A stretch of DNA of 33,113 nt, taken from assembly GCA_040756235.1 (NCBI GenBank), contig JBFLZG010000118.1:1-33113 (forward strand), in the 5' to 3' direction. The notes below the pieces were generated by a model, which was not told the origin of the DNA, ran no database searches, and saw nothing but the letters and a program-made list of their open reading frames with translations. Shown piece by piece: positions 1 through 9,000 of this stretch (the first letter of the stretch is position 1; each line of letters opens with the position of its first letter). The DNA comes from a bacterium (lineage in GTDB: Bacteria; Desulfobacterota; DSWW01). The position numbers were made by a program, and so were the translations under genes.

Positions 1-2796
1 CTCCCGCGGGCCGCGCGGCGCGCAGAGAGAGTCCAGACGCAGCGGGATCCGCTGCGCGGCCAGGATGGCCAGAAGGTGCTCGAGCTGGGCCAATCCCGAG
101 AGCCGGGGGAGATTGCTCGGTAGCGCGAGAGCCGGCCTCCCCCGCAGGATGTCTTCCACGAAGGCGGCCAGATTTCCTCGGGGGCCCACTTCCACGAAAA
201 GTCTGTAGCCTTCGGAGTAAAGGTTCCGGACGGTATCCTGAAAAGCCACCGGCTCGACCCAATGGTCGGCCATGAGGCGGCGCACCTGGTCGGGATCCTC
301 GGGATACGGCCCCCGCGTCGTGCAGGACCAGACCGGAACCCGTGCCTGGAGCAGCGGGTACCTGGAGAAAATCTTCCGCAGCCTTTCCGTGACCGGCCGG
401 AACAGGGGCGTGTGATAGCCTCGACGGAAGGGGAGAGGCTCGCAGAGCATTCTCTGCTTCTTCAGCTCCTCCTGGGCCCTCTGCACTTTCTCATCGGCTC
501 CCACGAGGATCACCTGGTGGGGACAGTTGTCCATGGCCAGGAAGAGGCCTTCGCCCAGATTCCCGAGAGCCTTCTCCACCTGGGTGCGATCCGCGCCGAT
601 TGCGAGCATGCCGGCCTGGGGCACCCCGCCTTCCTTCTCGATGGCTTCGGGCACGAGGTGCGCCTCGAGCACGAGCTCCTCGGGCACCTCGTCCAGCATG
701 CCCGAGGCCTGAAGGGCGGCGTACTCGCCGGAGCTGTGCCCGAGGAGGACCGAGGGCCGGACCCCGAGGCCGGTGAGAAGGCTGAACAGGGCCAGGTTGG
801 CCGTGAAGACCGCCTCCACGGCCGTGTCGATCTCCCAGAGGAGCCGGCTCGATCTCTGGCGATCCTCATCGCGGAAGCAGCTCCTGGGAAAGACCGCGTC
901 GCTCAGGAGATGCCCCTTGCCTCTTTTCAGGAACGACCGGTCCGTGCGATCGAAACACCTCCGCACCGCGGGAAAGAGGGGGCAGAGGTCGGCGAGCATG
1001 TCGGGGTACTGGGCCCCCTCTCCCGGGAAGAGGAAGACGATCCGGCCGCAAGGGTCGAGCGGCTCGTCGAAGTAGTAGATCCCTCCTCGGTCCTTGATCT
1101 GGCGCCGCTGCGGCTCCGCGAGCTTCTGTTTGGCGATCGAGACCTTCCTGCGCAGATCTTCCGTCGAGGCGGCCACGATGGCCAGGCACGGACGGCCTCC
1201 TGCCGCCTTCCGGGCGAGCGTGTGCGCGAGGTCCAGGAGCCGAGTCTCGGGCAGGCTCGTGAGGTAGCTCTCGAGCGCCTCGAGCCGCCGGGAGATCTCC
1301 GCCCGGTCCGGCGCCTCGATGAGCACGAGCTCGCATTCCCTCTCCAGAAGATGATCCTGCCTGCTTCCCTCCTGTTCGGGAGCCTCTTCCAGAATCACGT
1401 GGGCGTTGATCCCGCCGAACCCGAAAGCGTTGACGCCGGCCCTTCTGGGGTGCTCTTCCGGGGCGTGGATCCAGGGCCGGACCTTGGTATTGATGTAGAA
1501 GAACCCTCTGTCCTGATCCAGTGCCGGGTTGGGTTCCTCGACGTCCGCGGTCGGGGGCAGCACCTTGTGATAGAGCGCGAGCGCGGCCTTGATGATTCCC
1601 GCGACCCCGCTGGCCGGAATGAGATGGCCCAGGAGGGTCTTGGCCGATCCGACCGCGCAGGGGGCGAAGAGGGTCTTGCGCTTCCCGAAGAATTCCTGGA
1701 TCGCCTCGATCTCGGTGGCATCGCCCACCGGCGTTCCGGTACCGTGCGCTTCGAGCAGGCCGATCGTCTGCGGTTTGATGCCGGCGTCGCGGTAGGCCCT
1801 GCGCAGCGCCAGCCGCTCTCCCTGCTTGCGGGGCGCCAGCAGGCCGGTGCCCTTTCCGTCGCTCGAAGTTCCGGCGCCCCGGACAGAGGCGTAGATCCGG
1901 TCGCCGTCCCGTTCGGCATCTTCCCGGCGCTTCAGCACCACCAGGCCGATCCCCTCTCCGAGGACGGTCCCATCCGCGTCCTTGTCCAGGAACCTGACCC
2001 GGCCGCTCGGGCTGATCGCCGTGAGGTCGCAAAAGACGAGGGTGGCCAGAAGCGAATTGCCTCCCTGGACGCCTCCGACCAGGGCCAGGTCGAACTGCCT
2101 GCTCCTGAGGCCTGCGAGCGCCTGGTCCACGGCGATCAGGGAAGAGGCGCAGGCCGCATCGATGGTGTAGTTCGGCCCCATGAGGTTCAGACGGTTGGCG
2201 ATGCGGCCGGTCATCACGTTCGGGATGAGGGAAGGGATGATGTCGGTGTGAAAGGGGGGCAGGCTCGCCTTGAGTTGTCCCCGAATTTCCTCGAGCTCTT
2301 CGGTGGTGTACTCGGGATGGAGGTCGCTCAGGATCATCAGGGTCTGCTCGAGGATCCATCCATGCTGGATGATGTTCATATTGCCGGCGTTCGTGTAATT
2401 GCCCTTGCCAAGGATGACGGCGGTGCGGCTGCGGGCCTTCACGTTGTCCAGGCACCCTGCATCGCGCAGGGCGTCGCAAGCCGTGCGGAGCGCGAGGAAG
2501 TGGTCAGGCTCGCCGCCCTGGACGCTGTTCGGCAGCACGCCGTAGTCGAGTGGCCGGAAACGCCTCTCGGGCTCGTCGAGAAAACCGCCGTGCTTGGCGT
2601 AGGCGCGATAGATGCTCTTGGAATCGGGCTCGTAGTAGAGGCGGGTGTCCCAGTGCTCGGGCCTGACCTCGGTGATCGCGCAGGTCTTGGTCAGGATGTT
2701 GTGCCAGTAGGTGTTCAGGTCCGGCGCCTTGGGGAAGATGCAGGCCATGCCGATGATGGCTACATCGGGGCGATGTGATTCCTTCGCCGCTCTCAT
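1..2796 (-). CDS. Type I PKS / Pfa-like synthase subunit 2, KS-AT(-?), truncated by left window edge
   Basis: Not in the ORF track because it has no stop in the window. Manual translation from ATG 2796 gives MRAAKESHRPDVAIIGMACIFPKAP..., with KS motifs YTIDAACASS, LEAHGTGT, GSAKTLLGHL, NAFGFGGINAH and AT motifs FPGEGAQY, LGHSSGEY, RGYHTP, FVEVGP. An in-frame upstream stop at 2890-2892 limits the start. Confidence 0.93.
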   Translation of the reverse strand, partial: MRAAKESHRPDVAIIGMACIFPKAPDLNTYWHNILTKTCAITEVRPEHWDTRLYYEPDSKSIYRAYAKHGGFLDEPERRFRPLDYGVLPNSVQGGEPDHFLALRTACDALRDAGCLDNVKARSRTAVILGKGNYTNAGNMNIIQHGWILEQTLMILSDLHPEYTTEELEEIRGQLKASLPPFHTDIIPSLIPNVMTGRIANRLNLMGPNYTIDAACASSLIAVDQALAGLRSRQFDLALVGGVQGGNSLLATLVFCDLTAISPSGRVRFLDKDADGTVLGEGIGLVVLKRREDAERDGDRIYASVRGAGTSSDGKGTGLLAPRKQGERLALRRAYRDAGIKPQTIGLLEAHGTGTPVGDATEIEAIQEFFGKRKTLFAPCAVGSAKTLLGHLIPASGVAGIIKAALALYHKVLPPTADVEEPNPALDQDRGFFYINTKVRPWIHAPEEHPRRAGVNAFGFGGINAHVILEEAPEQEGSRQDHLLERECELVLIEAPDRAEISRRLEALESYLTSLPETRLLDLAHTLARKAAGGRPCLAIVAASTEDLRRKVSIAKQKLAEPQRRQIKDRGGIYYFDEPLDPCGRIVFLFPGEGAQYPDMLADLCPLFPAVRRCFDRTDRSFLKRGKGHLLSDAVFPRSCFRDEDRQRSSRLLWEIDTAVEAVFTANLALFSLLTGLGVRPSVLLGHSSGEYAALQASGMLDEVPEELVLEAHLVPEAIEKEGGVPQAGMLAIGADRTQVEKALGNLGEGLFLAMDNCPHQVILVGADEKVQRAQEELKKQRMLCEPLPFRRGYHTPLFRPVTERLRKIFSRYPLLQARVPVWSCTTRGPYPEDPDQVRRLMADHWVEPVAFQDTVRNLYSEGYRLFVEVGPRGNLAAFVEDILRGRPALALPSNLPRLSGLAQLEHLLAILAAQRIPLRLDSLCAPRGPRE

Positions 2797-2942
2797 GATC
2801 GCGTCATCGTCTCGGAGTGATCGGCCATGGGCACCGTCATCGTATTCCGCCCCTCCAGACGGTTCAGTTCGTGCGAAGTTGGGAGCCTTTCAAGAATTCG
2901 ACCCCGGGAGGCTGTGCAGAAATGTCCAGATGCAAGGCGAAA

Positions 2943-3015
2943 TCCTGGGGAATGAGGCGTACATGGCAGTACGCCGCAATGACCCCGGCTTTCGCCGGGG
3001 CAGGCTGCCCCAGGA
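2943..3015. other. Branched stem-loop between the two PKS genes
   Basis: Outer stem TCCTGGGG(2943-2950)/CCCCAGGA(3008-3015) encloses hairpins GGCGTAC/GTACGCC (2956-2975) and CCCCGGC/GCCGGGG (2983-3000). The latter resembles the REP at 14808. Confidence 0.5.
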
Positions 3016-3053
3016 CCTCCACGCCGCATGAGCGCAACGCAGCAGATGGGCAT

Positions 3054-6000
3054 TTATGGACAGCCTCCCAGCCATCCTTCGATGTCGCTGATGATGATCT
3101 CTCCCTCGCCCTTGCGGCCGAAGTGGAGCTCTTCGGCGAGCCGCCTCTTTCCCACTTCGGGAGGGATGAGGGAAAGCCCTCGTTTGAGGAATTGCCGCCT
3201 GAGCTCCGGAGTCACCATGCCGGTGTCCCAGGGGCCCCAGTTGATCGAGACGACCCGGGCCGGCCACTTCTGGTCCAGGCAGATGGCCAGTTTGTTGAGC
3301 ACCTCGTTGGCCGCCGCGTAGTCGCACTGGCCGGGGTTGCCGAAGCTGCCCGCCACCGAGGAGAAGAGAATGAAGAAGCGCAGCGTTTCCGGCTTGAGCT
3401 TCCGCGCCAGGGTGAAGGCGCTGTCCACCTTGGTGTCGAAGACCCGGTCGAAGGAGTCGGGCGTCTTGTCCAGGATGCGCTTGTCTTCGATGATGCCGGC
3501 CCCGTGGATCACGCCGTCGATCCTGCCGAGGCGCGCGTAGCAGGCGTCCAGGAAGGATTCGAAGGCCGCCGTATCGCGGACGTCGACCGAGTGGTATTCC
3601 ACGGTCGCGCCGGTGCGCTCCAGCGCGCGCAGGTTGGCGCGGATCGCGCGCTCCTTGACGAGCTTTCTGTAGAGCGCCTCCGCCTGCGCGATGCGGGGCG
3701 GCTGGCCCTCTCGCCTGAGCCGCTCCAGGAGCACGGCTTTGAGGTCGGCCATGGCCGAGAGGCCGCGCACGTCGGGCGGGTCCTCCGGCCGGGGCGGGGG
3801 CGAGCTGCCCACCAGCACGAGCCGGGGCCGATGGCCGAGGGCGAGCTCGTGCGCGACGTCGAAGGTGATGCCCCGGGCGCCGCCGGTCACGAGAACAGTC
3901 GAATGCTCATCGATGGCCGGCAGCGGCTTGGCCGACACGGCCAGGGGAGCGGGTACGGGCCTGAGGGCGATCCGCTTGGACCCGTCGAAGCCGACTTCTA
4001 CCGGCTGCTTGTCCGCTTCGACCTCGAGCAGGATCTGCTCGGCCATGCGCGCGGGGTCGAGGGCGGGCGAGAAGTCGATGACCCGGACCCGCACCGCGGG
4101 CCACTCGAGGGCCACGGTCTTGAGCAGGCCCTCGACGCCGGCCTGCCCCGGGAAGTATTCGACCCGTGGCACGCCGTTGGGGGCTGCGAACGTCCCGCCC
4201 ATGACCGTGGCGGCGAAGACCACGCCGGGCCGGTCCGCAGGCTGGGAAAGCAGGTCCTGGCCGAAGAGCCGGACGAGATGGAACAGAGACTTGACCTCCT
4301 GCTGGATGCGGTTGCGCCAGGCCGCCGGGTCCATGGCCTTCCAGTCCGTCGGCGGAGCCATCGGCAGGAGGTGAAAAATGCCGCTCACCCGCCCCAGGTC
4401 GGGCCGGACGGACTCGAGCAGGCGCACCATCTCGTCGGGCCGGGAGAAATCCACCTGGAAGGTGTCGCGGTCCAGGCATGCGCAGCCGTCAGCGGCGCGC
4501 AGGCGTACGACCCGACCACCTGGGCCGCGCAGACGTTTGCACAGACGAGCGGCCACGCCGAGGCTGTCCTCGGTGACGAGGATCGTTCCGGAGAGGTCCA
4601 GGACGGCTCGTCTGCCGTTGAACGCGATCGGCACGGGGTTGAAGACGAAGCGCTGGTTGGCGGCGCCTTCTTGGGGTGCACGCGCCGGGTCGGCGCCGAG
4701 AGGCACCGCGCGGGCGGCTTCTTTGGCAGCGGAATCGGCCGCAAGGGGTGCCGGCGCGGGCAGCGCGAGCTGCGCCAGCATTCCCTGAACGGTCTTTTCC
4801 CTCGAAAGCTCCTCGATCTTCCCTTCGAGATCTTCGAAGCCCGACTCGAGCAGCCAGCTCCGAAGCTCCCCGAGCACCTCTACCCGCTTGATCGAGTCGA
4901 TGCCCAGCTCGGCCTCGAGGTCCACGTCCAGACCGATCGCGTCACGAGGATAACCGGTCCTTTCGCTGAGTATGGTGAGAAGCCGGTCGCGGACCCGGTC
5001 CCGGACGTCGCCAGGCTCCTGCCCCCCTGCTTCGCGCCGTTGGGAGCTGGCGGGTGCGACCCCCGACACCCGATCTGCGAGACCTCTTTGCTCCTCGGGC
5101 ACTGCCTGTTCTCGAACCCGAGATCCCCCCTGTTCTTGCGGCCGGGCGAGCTTCTCGGGCGCGGCGGCAAGGTCCGCCGGCTCTCGGACGCAAGCTGCCG
5201 CAGCTTCTCGGGCGCCCTCGGCTGCGGCAGGCCGGCGGTTCTGCAGATAGGAAAGCATCACCGAACGCTGGGTCTCGAGGAAGCGGTCCATGAGGCGCTG
5301 GAAGCCTGCCATGACAGAGTCCGGGGCCGCCGGGGAAGCGGTTGTCGGGTTCCGGTTATCAGCAGTCGGGAAAGGATCCGCCCCCTCTGAGCTGATTGTT
5401 GACTCGAGGTGGGGCGGGGAGCCGCCTGACAACTGGCAACTGACAACTGGCAACTCTCTTCCAGACGGGGCGGGGCCTGACACCTGACCCCCGACCCCCG
5501 ACACCTTTCTTCGGGGTGGCTGGGTGACCGCTGACGCCTGACCCCCGATACCCGACACCTCTCGTCTCCTCGCCCGGAACCCGTTCACCAGCCAGACCGT
5601 TTCCGAAGGGGCACGGGGCTTCTGCAAGGGCTCGAACGACACCGCATCGAGCAGCCCGGGCTCTCTTCCGGCAAACAGCCTTTGCGGCTGGACCGGATAG
5701 CCGTTCACATAGAGTTGCGCCACCAGCGACATCAACTGCGGCAGCGCCGCCTTGCCGTTTTGATCGGTGCACAGGAACAGGGCTTTGCGCCCGGCCAGGA
5801 TCTGTCTGCCGAGGCCGGTGAGCACGGTCGAGGGGCCCACTTCGATGAAGATCCGGGCGCCCGCCGCGTGGATCGTCTCCATCTCCTCCAGCCAGCTCAC
5901 CGGTTGCTGGAGATGTTCCCCGAGCAGAGACGGAATGCTGCGCGCATCCGCCGGATAGACCTCGCGTCCGCCGGTGTTGCGGTAGACCGGTCTGGCCGGT

Positions 6001-9000
6001 GCCTGGAGGCTCACCCGCTCGAGATACTCCTCGAGCCGGCTGCCCGCAGCCCCGACCAGGGGCGAGTGGAAGGCGCAGCTCACCGGCAGCGCCCGCGTCG
6101 GGATGCGCCGGCTCTCCAGCTCCCGGACGAGAGCCTCCAGCGCCGGCGTGCTGCCCGAGACAACGATTTGTTTGCGGCTGTTCCGGTTTGCCACCCAGCA
6201 ACCGGGGTGCCTCTCGAGGAACGGCTCCAGGACTTCCGGCTCGGCAAGCACCGCGGCCATGGACCCGGGCTGCGATCCCTGAGCCTCCCGGACCAGCCTG
6301 CCCCGAGCCTCTGCCAGCTCGTAAAGGGACTCCTCGGGCAGACAGCCCGCGGCACAGAGTGCCGCGATCTCCCCCAGGCTGTGGCCGGCCAGGAAATCGG
6401 GCTGCACCCCGAGGGACGCCAGCAGCCTGAAGACCCCCATGCTCACGGCCGCGATGGCCGGCTGGGCGATCCGGGTGTCCATGAGCTCGAGGCGCTGCTC
6501 CCGCTCCTCGCGCGAGGTCCAGACCGGAGGGGGGTAGATGTAGGAAGAGAGGGGCCGCGGCAGCTTCCCGGAGAGCGCTCGCTCCGCCCGTTCCACGCTT
6601 TCCCTGATCTCGTGAAAGAGGATGACCAGGTCCTTCATCATGTGCAGGTACTGGGAGCCCTGCCCCGGGAACAGGAACGCCACCTTGGAGGACGGCCAGA
6701 GCGGCGCGTCGGCGTGGTAGATCCCGCTCAGGTTCAGGTCGTCCGGGTCTCCCTGGCCGGCAAGCATCCGGCGCGCCGTCTCCGTCTTGCGCAGGAGATC
6801 GCTCGGCGACTCCGCCACGATGGCGAGGCGCGCACCCGCTGCGGCTCCGCTCGGGCGCGCTGCGGCCTCTTGCACCAGGGTGAAAGAGATGTCGCGAAGG
6901 GGCGTGGCCGAGCCGCCGCCCCTGGACAGGAAGTCCTCGAGCCGGCCCAGGGCGGCGGCGAGACCGCCGGCGGTTTCGGCGCTCCAGAGGAAGACCTCTG
7001 CCGCAAGGTTCCGCGCCGGCATGGGCCGGAGGAGCATCGCATTCTTGCCCGCGCCCCTGTGCTCCTCCAACACCGCGTGGAAGTTGGTCCCGCCGAACCC
7101 CATGGCGCTGACGCCGGCCCGCCGGGGCGACTCTCCGCTGTGGAACCACGGCCGATCTTCGCTGTTCACGTACAGGGCCGACTGCTCGGAGGCGATCTCC
7201 GGGTTCGGCTTCTCGACCCCGATCGTGGGCGGGAGCACACGGTGATAGAGGGCCAGGGCGGTCTTGATCGTGCCGGCGATCCCGGCCGTGCACTTCGTGT
7301 GCCCGATCATGGACTTGACGGAGCCCACGGCGCACGACCTGGGCTGCGCCTGCGCCTCCCGGAAGAGCCGTACCGCCGCCTGCAGCTCCTCGCGGTCACC
7401 CGCGGCCGTGCCGGTCGCGTGGGCTTCCAGCAGCTCGACTTCGGCCGGCGAGCACCCGGCTTTCTCGTAGGCCCGGCGCAGGGCCAGGAGCTGGCCCTCG
7501 GCCCGCGGCGCGGTGAGCCCCTTGGCCTTGCCGTCGCTCGAGCCGCCGATGCCCCGGACCACGGCGTAGATGCGGTCTCCGTCGCGTTCCGCGTCCGCGA
7601 GCCGTTTCAAGACAAGCACGCCGAAGCCTTCGCTGATCACGATCCCGTCCGCGTCCTCGTCCAGGCTGCGCGACCTGCCCTTGGGCGACAGGGCCTGGGT
7701 CTTGCTGAAGGCCAGGAACGCGAAGGGGCTCTGCATGGTGTCGGCGCCCCCGACGATCACCATCTCGCTCGAGCCGCGCTCCAGCTCCTGCACGGCGAGG
7801 TTGAGCGCGGCCAGGGACGAGGCGCACGCGGCGTCCACGGTGTAGTTCACGCCGCCCAGGTCGAAGCGGTTGGCGATCCGGCCGGCGGCCACGTTCGTCA
7901 GGATCCCGGCGAAGGAGTCCTCGGTCCACTCGGGCAGGAAGCTCCCCATGCGGGCCTTGATCCCCTCCGCGGAGACTCCGTCGTGGGAGAAGGCGTCCAG
8001 ATAGGGAAGGAAGGAGCGAAAGGCGTAGGCGAGGCCCAGGTCCGCGATGCCGCCGCCCGCCCCGAGGATCACGGACGTGCGCTCCCTGGCAAACGGCCTG
8101 TTCAGGTAGCCCGCGTCCTCCAGGGCGGCGCGGACCGTGAGGAGCGTGAGCAGGTGTAGCGGCTCGATCGACAGCATGGAGTTGGGCGGCATGCCGAACT
8201 CCATCGGATCGAACGGCACCTCGTCGATGAACCCTCCCCACTTGGAGCAGGACTTGTCCCTGGCGCGCTGGTCCGGGTCGTACCAGATCCGCCAGTCCCA
8301 CCGCTCCGCAGGCACTTCGCGGATCGCGCAGATCTTGTTCCGGATGTTCTCCCAGTACTCGCCCAGGTTGCGGGCACCCGGCAGGATGCAGGCCATACCG
8401 ATGATGGCCGCGTCCGAGGGCCCGGAGCAGGGGCGCGGTTCGCACGGCGGTTCAACGGCCGCAGACTTCCGCCCGTTCACCTGAACCGAATCGATCAGCT
8501 CGGTCCCGCCCCGGCACAGTTCGTCGTGCAGCTCCCGGATCGAGCAGACGCTCTCCCTGAGGCACGCCACCTGCCCGAGCATGTAGAGCCCCTGCCGGCG
8601 CTGCTCCTCGGGCGGCAGCTCCCGGAAAACCGGCTCCGCGGTCGTCCCGTTCCCCGGTCTGGACACGTACACGCCTTTCGTGGCGATTCCCAGCCTGCCG
8701 AGGTTGAGGTCTTCCAGGGTCTTCTGGATCTCCTCTCGGGGCTTACCCTGGCGCACGAGCAGCCGCTTCTGTTCCCGGAAGGTTTCGGCGAACGGCGTCA
8801 GGCCGCAGCGCACGGCGTGCCCGGGACCGGTCTCCAACACGACCGTCCGCCTGCACTGCAGGGCCTCGGTCTGGAATCGCTCGAGCAGGGCGCCCGTCGA
8901 CACCGCTTCCCCGGTCAGAAGGTAGGCGGTGCCCGCTTGCAGCCCGACCTTGACTCCCATCTCCAGGAGCGGGGCCGACAGGACGGCGACCATGGCAGAG

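Noticed and set aside
2841..3053. 86-aa Cys-rich ORF between the PKS genes as a real protein such as an ACP
   Set aside because: No DSL/DSI phosphopantetheine motif, and it overlaps stem-loop DNA; only its last 15 codons have RBS support.
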